This document shows, piece by piece, positions 22,401-33,548 of a DNA stretch of 64,000 bases. The stretch covers positions 372,001 to 436,000 of the forward strand of contig JBLDXI010000023.1 of NCBI GenBank assembly GCA_047495785.1, given 5' to 3'. The notes beneath the pieces were generated by a model. That model did no database searches, was not told the DNA's origin, and worked only from the letters and a program-made list of their open reading frames with translations. Origin of the DNA: Lepidodermella squamata. Taxonomy: Eukaryota > Animalia > Gastrotricha. Positions within the stretch are counted from its first letter, which is position 1. Every line of letters begins with the position of its first letter. Both the position numbers and the translations under genes were made by a program.

Positions 22401-24795
22401 CTAAACTGGAACCTCGAAAACCTCTTCCACTTTGGCAAGATGCACAATTTTTTCCAGATTTCGAAAAATATGAACTTCTAATTTTAGGCTACAATTGGGG
22501 CCGGCGTGCGTTGGGACTAGATGCAGAAAACAAATGTTACAAGGACACGACCCTTCGAAATTGCACTGAAGAAGATATCGTTATCTTTCGAAACAAGCAC
22601 AAGGTTATCCCGCGAAAGCCAGGGTGGCCGAAAGCTTTAAATTTTCTACTTTTCTACTTTACAATTTCTATTCTTTCTATTACAATTTCAACTTTTTGAT
22701 TGCCAAATTCTTGTCAATAAAAAATCTCGAATGTATCATTAATTTGACTTTTGAAAATTGAAATTCCGGCGAATCCGTCTCGGACTACTCATGCCGTAAA
22801 ATCGGACACAGAAATCAGGCTTTCAATAAATTTCGTTGCCCAACATATAAAATAAAAAATGAATTCACCTTTCGGAAGTGAGAAATCAGGCTGAGTCAGC
22901 TGTTTGCCCAGCTCTCGGGCGTGTTCGATGTAGTCGGATTCGAACTCGGTCTGGTCGAATTTGATGCCGAGCCGGCGGTACAGCGCCTCCAAGTTCTGCA
23001 GACAATGGCCCCGCATCGAGTGCCAAATGCGCCTCGTCCGCTCGTCGCTTCGCTCCAAATCAGCCTGCCACTTGTGAAGGCGAGCTTCGTCGAGTTCACG
23101 CTTCTTTTGCTGATGATGATTGTTCATGCGTGACGGTAATGCTGATTCATCTGAGTACTTTTTCCACAGCCATTGAAGCGTTTCACGAGATGTTGCCGAA
23201 CAGCCGGTTTTAGCACCCAGCAGCCGCTCGACTTCTTCTTCGGACAAAGCTGTGCCTGAAATTGAGAACAAAATTGCCGTTATTAGGCGCAACATTCATG
23301 CCGCAGACTAATCTGAAGTTACAACGATTTTGAGAATTTGTTTGAATTTTAACAAGATAAAATTGGAATATTTAGCAGTAAGTATTCAATTTGGCCAGGA
23401 TAAACTTTTGAAATTGAGCCTAAATTTTCTGTAAAATTAATTACTGTATATCTACTCATTTTCGGTGTTCATAATGGAGATTTTGGCCCTGTACATTAAA
23501 TTTCGGTGGATTTGAATTCGGTTTTAGGTTGGCCGCTGAGTAAAAAATTGATTTATTTTAATTAGAATTAATATTCGGTGGTTTTAATTTCGGTATTTTT
23601 GCAAAACACCGAATTCAAAGATCAAACCGAAAATTAATTACCACCGAAAATTAGTAGATATACAGTAATTGAAGAATGTGAATAAAAGTCTAATAATATG
23701 AGAATTTAAAAAATTTAAAAATTTAAATTTAGAGAATTAAAAAAGATCGACTTTTTCAGAAAACCCGCGTTAATTAGTGACGATGTTTTTGGAACCCTTA
23801 ACCAGGCTAATAAAACAAGCCTGGAATTCAATGCTCAGTCATAGGAAAAATTCACATTTCGAATATTAAAAACCAATCATGAATTTTGAAGTTTGGACCT
23901 AAAATCGAGTTCGGAGCCCAATTTCAAAACTTGGAACCAATCTTGCAACAATGACAACAATTTTAGCTTCACAAGCCAGACATTTTTTAGACTGGACTTG
24001 GCCAGCAAGAGGCTTAAACATCAGGAATTGCACAAACGTTTGAAAACTGTATAAAAATGGGGAAATTTCGGAATAAAATCTCAGAAAAATTTATTTTCGA
24101 AAATTTAAATATTTCAACCACATTTCAGTCTGATAAATAAATTCGAAAAACTCATCTCTGACAATTAAAAAAATTTTGATAAATTAATTTTCGAATTTTC
24201 AAGCAAGAAAGTATTATTTCAATCAAATTGAAATTTAATGCAATATAAAAAAAATATTATTACCTATCCATGCGAAGTGCATGTTGCAGTCGCCGATGTA
24301 ATTAAGCCTGACGACGCCGTGCCCAGCCGCGCAGAATAAATTCGCCAGGACATTGCCAATAATAGTCGACCTCAAATTACTCGCGTGAAGCGGCTTGGCC
24401 AAATTCGGCGAGCTGTACTCCATGAGGATGAGGCGCCTCTGCTTCGGCGGCGCCACCAGCGGGTGCCGGGCGCGAGCTGATTCGTCAAACTGCATCAGGT
24501 ACAGCTTCTCGAGCAAATCCCTCACTAATTCAGGCGAAATCAGGCCGGAATTCGGCAGCAATTGGCGCGGTTCTTGGAGAGAGTGGCGGCGGAAGTCGAT
24601 GTTGGAAAATTGTGTTGAGGTGGCGCTTGTTGTAGCGAAAACCCGGCGATTTGGCGTTAGCGAATTGTGGCCGGTTGTGAAGTCGTCGAAGTAACGAAGT
24701 AACGAGGTGGCTAAATTTGACCGGCGGTTCATCGACCGAGACCGGCGGAGGGCCTTGAACGGCACGCCTAGTATGACTTTTCTTAAAAATGGCAT
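19405..24795 (-). CDS. Mitochondrial-type arginyl-tRNA synthetase homolog (RARS2-like) with degenerate catalytic motifs; 5 coding exons, 646 aa
   Basis: Exons 24795-24264, 23255-22869, 21985-21663, 20305-19900 and 19697-19405; all GT-AG and phase-compatible, total 1941 nt. Motifs EYSSPNLAKPLHASNLRSTIIGN, YRRLGIKFD..EFES, YLSRD, LQFAHARL and a DALR anticodon-binding domain. Arg-rich presequence-like N-terminus. Confidence 0.9.
20498..20853 (+). mobile_element. pogo/Tc5-family transposase remnant (CENP-B-type HTH) in intron 3 of the ArgRS-like gene
   Basis: LSETEENTLCDYLLKLANRGFPL...FNEGKLPGRDWYVPFMKR matches the pogo HTH pattern; truncated. Confidence 0.75.
22150..22345 (+). mobile_element. 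pogo-family DDE transposase remnant in intron 2
   Basis: One frame reads MIATDETAVWLNSNPNVTIE, resembling the first catalytic DET motif of pogo transposases. Confidence 0.55.
23444..23665. mobile_element. MITE, TA TSD
   Basis: TIRs CTGTATATCTACTCATTTTCGGTG and CACCGAAAATTAGTAGATATACAG, flanked by TA; internal AATTTCGGT repeats. Confidence 0.85.
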
Positions 24796-25143
24796 CCTAT
24801 ACGAAAAATGAAAACATCAAGGCAAGGATTGATTAAAGAAAGGCAACATTTCGAATTTAAATTTAAATTTTAAAAATTTAAAAATTTAAATAAGTACCAG
24901 AATTTTTCAAATAAAAAATTCTGAACTCTAAAGAAAAACATCGCACCAAATAAAGTTTATTTTTCAAATACTTATTGACCTCAGGTAAAATCGTACCCGG
25001 ACTACTTTGAATTTGATCATCCGAAATTTGAAAATTTCATAATTAAATTTAAACAATTTTCAAAAATTTAATTTTGTTGTAGAGATTCCGCGAGATTTAG
25101 TTATTGTGAACCGCGAAGCTTCAAACCACTTTTCTAGAAAATA

Positions 25144-25938
25144 CCGTAAGGCGGTCTTACTTCGGACAAAAACGTGTTTTTGGGGCTTAGTTTTTCGAGG
25201 TGCACGAATTTTTTGACGGGCTTTATGTCAAAAGATGCGCCTTGAAAAACTGCATATTCTAGTATCAACTCCGGAAAAAAATTAATTTTTCCCGTAAAGG
25301 TATTAAAGGAAAACTGGTCCGGCTAACTTCGGACACAACTGGGGTAACTTCGGACAGCTCAATGTGAATATTTAGATTGGGGTCAAAGTTCACATTAAAG
25401 CGAGATAAAATTTGTGAGCAGATTTAAGAAAAAAACTAAAAAAAAACCAAAATGCATGATGAGGGATTCGAACCCTCAATATTGAATTGTGCTCCCAACG
25501 TAGCTTAGTGCTGTTCTCAATAAAATATGGAGTTTAAAAAATGTCAAGGTCAATTGACATCCCGTAGTTTGAAGCTGTCCGAACTTACCCGGGACAAAAT
25601 TTGTTTTCTAAAGTATTTCCTGATCAAAATTGTCGTTAAAAATTGGTTTGAACATGACAGCATTACTAAGTCGATGGTGCTCTATCTTTTCCGCTTCTCT
25701 CCAGCAAAAAATACCTACCTGGTGAAAAGTTAGAAATTTTGGGTCGCGGGACATGACTGCCAAGAAGTTGGACTATTCTTCGCATACTTATCTGTTTTCA
25801 ATGTCATTTGAAAGCCAAGACTCAGGGCTATCTTTTGCAATTTGAACGGTCTCTATATTCACCGGGGTTGAGGAGAAATCCCAGTTCAAAGTCAAAAGTG
25901 TCCGAAGTTACCTTGTCCGAAGTAAGACCGCCTTACGG
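25144..25938. mobile_element. Non-autonomous DNA transposon (Tc1/mariner superfamily, CCGTA ends), TA TSD
   Basis: Perfect ~26-bp TIR CCGTAAGGCGGTCTTACTTCGGACAA at both ends with TA flanks; internal AACTTCGGACA repeats. Confidence 0.9.
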
Positions 25939-26667
25939 TATGCTTCGAATTTTCAAAAACTGAAAATTTAATAAGTTGAAAAATCAAAACAATGAAGCAA
26001 TCAGGAAAGATATTCGAAGGTAGATACAAGGATAGAAAATAAATTAACAAAAAATGAGGCCCACATCGAATCTCAGGTGATATAAAAGTGAAGTCGTTGA
26101 TGCTGAGCAGCAGTTGTGATGTACATACAATTGATGCTTTCGAAAGATAATTTTGAAAAGTGAACAATTTTTGTTTCGCATTGAGCTGAAAAGCGTCATC
26201 TGTTTGATGTGTGGCGCGTGCTCGCTGGTCTTCATTCATAACATATTCTGATTTTCTCGTTTTGAAAAAAGTCTCAAGAGTGACAAAAATTGGGAGAAAT
26301 AGGGATAAAATGATAGTTAATAAATCCTAAAAATTTTCGAAGTTTAGCCAAAGCTTCACAATTTTGCCATAATTCTTTTACCAAACTTGATGATGCTACA
26401 AAATTAGAAAATTAAAAAAAAATGTGACCTTAGAAAATATTTTTACAATTTTTCGAATAATAAAAAAATCACACTTTTACACGCATCGATTGAAAACCTC
26501 GAACCGAATGGTCAAAATCAATATCAATTAAAAAAAACCTATAAAACAAACAAAAATCAATTTTTCTATTTTATAATTTTTATAGTTACAATATGCGATG
26601 AAACTCATATTTTACTGAAAAAATTGCACAAATTATTCTTTGACAAAAATTAAGTTTCGATTTTGAT

Positions 26668-27016
26668 TTATTCGCTGATTTTTCGCGAATTTCTGCGGCG
26701 CTTTTCATCGATATCGCTCTTATCCAATGATTGCTCCAATTTCCGCCCTTCATTCATCTTCATCTCAGCGCCATCGATTCGCTTGCGAACAGCTCTAGCC
26801 AGTTGTTCCTTGTCGTGTTGGCGTTTCAGCTCGTTTGGCGGCGAGCCAGAATTGGAGCCGGCCGACGAACTCGAACTCTCGTGATCGTCACCTGCCGGCA
26901 TAGCATACTCGGCTTTGATGGCCTGCTGCTGTCGTTGTTTCTTCTCGACAATGCGCTTCAATCGCGTGAACGATCGCGTCGGAGTTCGACAAGACGAGGA
27001 CATGATGTGAATATTC
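26668..27016 (-). CDS. Probable terminal exon or small gene encoding a charged, coiled-coil-like protein of unknown function
   Basis: GC-rich open stretch within AT-rich DNA, preceded by an acceptor-like TTTTCACTCGAAATTGGGCAG; ATG at 27003; K/R/E-rich translation. No family recognised. Confidence 0.45.
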
Positions 27017-28246
27017 TGCCCAATTTCGAGTGAAAAAAGTGAGAAAAGGATTAACATGAAAATTGCGTCCTTAAGAGTGGTATGTGCGCGATTGTTGCGC
27101 AACAATCAAACGCCGCGTGCCTTCAAATAGTGTCATTTTTAATAGACCCCATTGATACCTTAGCAATTTTATTAAATTGATAAAGTAGATATTAATCGGC
27201 GAGGGCATTTTCTTGAATTATAAAAGAAATTATGGCTCTTCATAATTACACAGCTGCGCAACAGTTTTTTCAACCTTTCCAACTTTTTTCTGGGAAATTT
27301 AAAAAAAATCAACCTCACGAGAGAAAACCTATGGAATGTGCCGATGGTTCGATTTACTGTGTTTTTGCAGTTTCCCCAACTCCAGTTTGCCATTGACAAG
27401 AGACCTACTTGTTATTCTCATGGAATTTTGAATTTATTCAGCTTGATATGAAGTATAACTGAAAATATATGATTCCTCAGATGTTAGAGTAGCAGAAATA
27501 TATATTTGCATGACTAGCATCAATTTCCAAAATGTCAAAATTTCAATTTGTAGTCAGATTCAATTGAGATTTTTTTATTTTTTATTCAGATTTTTCGTTT
27601 TAATCATTAGACGTGGGATTGTGTACCACCCTTCGGAATTGCCGTTTCGCTTTTGACTGATATAACAGGCATGTTCACGCCGACTGTTACAGAAATTTAA
27701 CCAAAGAAACATAATAAAATCGGTGAAATAGCGGCTGTCGAACAGCGTCGCGTCAAAGGAGCAATGCGAATTTTCAAAGCATAAGCATGCGATGTCAATA
27801 TCGCATTCCTAATGTCACAGCCCCAAAAATGCACCTCAAATTTGCTTTCTAGACTCGGGATGTCATGGTCACGGTCAACCGTGATTCCAATTTGTCGAAA
27901 TCATATGGGAAAGAAAAACTCTGAAAATGTACACGAGGCCCAGCCAACGAGGTCAAGGTCATTAGCCACGCAACATTTTATTTGAACACATTTGACGTCA
28001 AACGATTCCCCATGTTTCAACGGCCTATTCCTCCAAGATGAATCCAATTTCAATGAAAAATGACTGGACAGCGGCGTTTTAACAAATTTGGCTACCATGG
28101 CCAGGGTTGACTTTTCCTGATGTACACTTGCCAGCGGTAAAATTGTTCCTCGATTCTCGACGAGTGGGTTGAAATACTTCAAGCAGTCTTTAATGTACCT
28201 TTTGTTTAATCCAGAACTAAAATTTTTCTTAATCAGTCAGAGGTTA

Positions 28247-28684
28247 CCGTAAACTACAGTATAGAGGCCGCGGCGATTAATTTTCCTGATTTTTCAGAAA
28301 GGGGTGAAAGATGCGGCGATTATTAAGGTGCGGCGATTATTCGAGTGCGGCCTTTATTTTCTTGAATTTTCAGCCGTCACGCTGAACTAGCAGTTTATTC
28401 ACTACTAACGGGTGTAACAGGTGCGCGAGAGGCCGGTTTTCACTGTAAGCAAGATCTGCAGCTAGCGCGATGAGTTTACATATTTGCTAAGAAGTGCGGA
28501 TAATCCGTCTACTCGGAGTCACCCCAGGTGTTTCATTGAGGGTGACTGCTAATCGCTGTTAAGTGCGGCGATTATTCGCGCGCGGCCTTTATTATTGCCA
28601 AACTGTTGAAAATGGGGTGTTTTTGCGGCGATTATTCGGGTGCGGCCTTTATTCAGGATGCGGCCTTTATACTGTAGTTTACGG
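28247..28684. mobile_element. MITE (CCGTA-ended, TA TSD) with GCGGCGATTATTC subterminal repeats
   Basis: TIR CCGTAAACTACAGTATA(G/A)AGGCCGC with TA flanks; related to 48727-48897. Confidence 0.9.
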
Positions 28685-28782
28685 TATATGTGTTGCTGTT
28701 TAGTCATCAGTTGATCCAAGGGAGTAATTTGAGAAACATCGAAAAATAACGCGCATCAACGCAATGGGCATCCAGCCCTTTA

Positions 28783-31657
28783 TCAGTACGTGGTATAATC
28801 ACTGCCATTTTCATCTGCTTCAGTTGTCATGCTGCCAGCCTGAGTATCGTCAGTAGTGGCTTCATTATAGTTATAGCCATCAGTTGCTGTTGGCTGTTGT
28901 CAAAAACAACACCGGAGGTTTAGCTGTAACAGCTCCAGCTTTTCGCAGCACATTTGCAACAGCCGAATTTTGGAAAAGCAGCGCCATGTCAAGTGGGCTA
29001 TAGCCATCCTCATTGAGGGCATTCATGTTTGATCCAGCTTCAATCGACTCTTGAAAATTGTTCGAGGTCCCCCGAGCTGCGAGAATGTGCAGTACAGTAT
29101 CCCTTCTACCCAGTTTCCGATTGATATAGTAACCTTTCTAGACGAGAAACTTGGCAAAACCGTTGAACACAAAGCTATTCCGAATAAGGGTGAGGCACAT
29201 ATCGTTTTTTTTTGTTGCGTGAATTCACGTTCACTCGTGTGACGTTTGCGAATCTTCTTGCCTGCGTGAAAGTATTGTCGTCGTTTTTACAAGCCAGCAA
29301 AAAGGCGGTGTTGCCATCTTTATCAACAGCCCTTACATCCGCGCCAGAATCGACGAGAAGATCGACGATGGTTTGGGCATTTGAACTGGAAGCTGCGATC
29401 ATCAGCGGGGCCTTCCCAGTTGATTCGCGGCCTTCAAGGCCGACTCTAGCAGTTTTGACAAGGAATCTAGCCAATTCCAAGTTACCGACACGAGCACCTA
29501 GATGTAGCAATGAATAATTACGGTACTTCGTCGAACTGATCATAGTTTGAACGTCGGCTCCTTTTGACAGTAGATACTCGTAGACTTGAACTCGATCTGG
29601 CGATTGCAAGTACATGGCTGCAGCTGCAAGCGGATTCCTGCCTTCGGTATCCTTGTCGGAAACAGCATTACCAGCCTCCTCGATTGCGAACCTCACCATG
29701 GGAAGAGCAGGCATTGAGGAGATTCGGCATGCCTCGAAAATGGTTTGATCCACGTATTTCGAAGCTCCTTGCGAAATGAGGAATTTCACGATTTCAAGAT
29801 TCTTGGCCGCAGCGTCAAGTATCGCCGTTCTTCCGTTAGATTCCAAATCAACATCAGCTCCGTAGTTCACGAGCAGTTGAACCAGATCAAGACGACCTTG
29901 TTCCGCGGCAAGCATTAGAGCTGATTTCTTTAGCTCTGGATGAATCGCATTTGCGTCGCCTTCGTTTTCCAATAGAATTTGGAGCATTTCAAGCGACGTG
30001 TTGTTGGCGACTAGAGCAGCAGCCACCGCTGGGATAGGTTGCTCCCAATCCAAGAAGGCGCAAGCCGAAGCGTCATAATCGCCTTGACGTTCCATTAAAA
30101 TAGCGTCACCACGGGCTTGATTTAGTCGAATCATTTCGCGAACAGCAGTAACGTTCCCAGATTTTACGTAGGCAACGAATTTCTGCAAAAAAGGAAACTC
30201 AGAAAATCTTGCTGAATTAACGCTGAATTAACATACCGAGTTCAGCTCATCTTGCGTTTCACTCCGTTCAATTTTCTTGGCCGATCGTGTAGTAGCAGTG
30301 GACTTTGTCGCTGCAGTTGATCTTGCCTTGAAAATAGCTCCAACAATCGGCTGCAGACCCGCATCGATTGCCTTGTTGCTAGGCGTTAATGGCCTAATAT
30401 TGGTAGCAGTGATGGTTGTCGACTTTCTCGACAGTGAAGATGGAAGCGTTGATCCCGGAGGTGAGCGACTGGTGGACGATACTCTAACTAACTCGCTACC
30501 GTAAGCAGCACCTCGTCTTCTCAAATGGGCCATGCTGATTCTATTATCCCACGATGTTGCAATGTCCAAAGCTGTCTGACCCCGGTCATCCGTCGCATTC
30601 ACATTAGCGCCTAAATCGATCAGGGCCACAAGAGTTCGCTCATTAGCAGTCGAACTTGATGCAAACATTAGCGGGGAAGGGTCGTCTTTAACGCTGAAAT
30701 TATAGCCTTTGCTAGCTAGATACCGCAAAATTTCGACAAGATCCCATTTATAGGCTTCCGAATCTCTGATGAGGTGAAGGGGGCAGGATGCACCCGCTGC
30801 CGCACATCGTTGCCGCCTACTTCAATTGCGAACTTTATAAAGGGCAAGTAGCCCAACTCAGTACTATAGATTCGACAAGCTTGAAGCAACATGTTTTCAT
30901 AGTCGTTGTTCCTCGCCTGCGGATCAGCTTCTTGATCCATCAAGTACTGGAGTAGAGCGATGGAATAGCCAGATCTTACCGCGATCAGCAACGGCGTGTT
31001 ACCATCTTTGTCTCTCCCATTAACATCTATTTTGAACTGCTCCACAAGCAATTTGGCAAAAGGTACTGGATCTGTCGTCGTGACTCGGCTAAGTAAATGA
31101 AGAGCAGTTTGTCCATCGTTGTTTCTGGAATCATGAAGGGCAGAACCATGCCTGTTTCTGGAATCAGGCGATTCGAATGGTAACAAGTAGTAAACAAGGC
31201 GAAGATAGTCTTGGGTGATCGGGCCATCAAAGGAGACCATTAACGCCGTCTGATTTTTCGGGTCTCGAACATCAGTTTTAACTTTGAACTTTTCAACGAG
31301 AAGTCTTGCTAGATCCAGCCTGCCAACCCTTGCAGCCCAGAGGAATGGAGTTTTCGCCTCGTAGTCATAATTCTTCGCTTCAACATTCGCGCCGTTCGAA
31401 AGTAAGAATTCAACCATTTCGTAGCTTTGATTTGTTTTAACTGCAATCGCGATAGCTGCTCCTGCGTCATCTATTCGATAACTCGATGAAGAATTTGCGG
31501 TAACAAGGCCGGAATTCAACATTTGCCGAGCCGTTGCCAATTGGCCGGATGCAACTGCTTGGTTGAAAGCCTAAATGGAAAATAGAAGACTTCGGTTTGA
31601 ATTAAATAAATTGCGAGGTCTTACGCTGTCGTAGTCGATCTGCCTGGCATAGATTAT
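28783..31657 (-). pseudogene. Secreted two-module ankyrin-repeat family, copy A (disrupted)
   Basis: Exon-1 remnant ...ARQIDYDS, intron 31624-31571, module 1, intron 30236-30183, module 2. The signal peptide is replaced by unrelated sequence above ~31660. Frameshifts near 30805 and 29210 and an in-frame TAG near 29140. Confidence 0.85.
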
Positions 31658-32149
31658 AACCGCCGGTGTTTCCTCCACGCGCGCACTCCTATTGGTTGGT
31701 TAAATTTACGCGTAACCGCACGTCGCGCGCATTTATTGCGCAACAAATAATTGCTTTCTACGCGCACGCTGCAAAATCACAAGAAAATCACAAGTCAGCT
31801 ACCCCGAACTGAACAAGTCAAGTATATCATGTGAAGCGCGCGCATCGAGAGTACATTTTTCAGTTAGTAACAAGTTTCAAAAATTGCAAATTTTTAGAAT
31901 ATATGCCAGAAATAATGATGCCTTACAATCGACAGGGCGCTCAGGAAATATTTCCAAGCAAAATAAAATCGCGCCACCATGGTTCATCATGGTATTATGT
32001 CGCTTTTATGAAATCGCAATTTTTCTACATTTTTAGAAGCGCATGAGTTTTGATTCACCGTAAATAGCTCGTGCCATCGGTGCGCGCTTTCGCAGTTTGT
32101 AAGGTAAAATTTGAATTTTGCGGGAAAACCATTTCCTATTTAATCGATA

Positions 32150-33262
32150 GGTAAATAAGGGACCGTGCCGAAATAGGCGCATTTTCGGCAGTCGGCGGCA
32201 GCAAGTAGCAGCGGATAACAGGCAGCAACATGCGCGAGCAGTAGGTGGAAATCGATGATGGCAAGCTCCCGAAAACCAAAGGAAAAGGCGGCCGCGGCTA
32301 GGGCCTTTCGGCAAGTTCTGTAAATAAAAAACTTCGTAATATTATCTCAAAATATCTACATTGCTTCTATGCTAACGCTCGTAGTGTCAAGAATAAAACT
32401 CATCTGCTTAGACGTGTTCTTGAAAAATCACTCTATGACATAATTGTTATTTGGTAAAGTCAATTCCATCAGGGACCTAGGGGTCCTGATTGACGATCGT
32501 CTCTCTTTTTGTGACCATATTGACTCTATAGTAAAGAAATCGATGCAACGTATCAACCTTATCTTTCGTGCCTTCAAATCTCGCGATAAAGCTACGTTAG
32601 TTCGCGCCTACTGTGTATACGTGCGACCTCTTCTTGACTATGCGTCCCCAATCTGGTCTCCCTACACGAAAACGTTAATTAATAAAATCGAAAAAGTTCA
32701 ATCTTACTTCACTCGTCGCCTATTCTGTAGAAAAATATCTGATCCACGACCCTCATACTCTTTACGACTACAACAGCTCCATATTCCATCTCTTGAACTG
32801 CGACGCTTGAGAGCTGACCTGGTCTTACTGTTCAAAATTATAAAAAATGAAGTTCGCTGTAATCTTTCTGACAAGCTAAAATTTAATTCTAACGTCACTC
32901 GTTCTAATCATTCCTTCAAACTAGTTATACAAACTTGTAGAACTGACCAATATCGCTTCTCATTTGTAAACCGACTAGCTGCGATCTGGAATAAATTGTC
33001 AAACGATATAGTATCTTCTAATAATTCTGTTATTTTCAAACATAAGCTTATGACTTGTGATCTTTCTAGTCATCTTCGCAGCTCAATACTGTAAACATTA
33101 TCCACTTTGCGCGCTATGAAAATATGTTATAATGTAGGTACATGTAAGTGGCAGAACTTGCCCTTTGTATTCTAATCCATTTTCCTCAATGATTGTTAAC
33201 CTTAAATTCTGTAATTATTTTGATTGAATTTGGAAAATAAAATACAATACAATACAATACAA
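32150..33262 (+). mobile_element. Internally deleted CR1-like LINE with (AATAC)n tail
   Basis: CFYANARSVKNK...YDII (APE endonuclease start, ~32362-32446) abuts IRDLGV.ID..LSF..HI...YVRPLLDYASPIWSPY...LELRRLRADL (post-RT C-terminus). Tail AATAAAATACAATACAATACAATAC at ~33236-33260. The 5' boundary is approximate. Confidence 0.85.
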
Positions 33263-33548
33263 AAAGCGAAATCAATTTTTAAGGTACGTACGTTATTTGA
33301 CGTAGGTCGGTATAATATGCTAATGTCGAAGAAATGCTGTTCTATCGATAAGCACGATCATGTCTAGAAGAAGAGGATGCATCATCTGCAGCCTACAGCG
33401 TTCTCCTTCATAGCAGGCGCTAATTAGTATCCATATCACACCATATCATCACCTTCACTGCGAGTTAATCGCTTATGCCTCTAGAAAATACTCCATTTCA
33501 TCAATTCATTCCTATATACCGATATATTCTAGTTTATCCAAAATTAAA

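Noticed and set aside
25455-25510. tRNA genes here and at 36490, 47640, 50110 and 55479
   Set aside because: Only A/B-box-like pieces are present; no closed acceptor stem or full cloverleaf could be built, so they are treated as tRNA-derived repeats.
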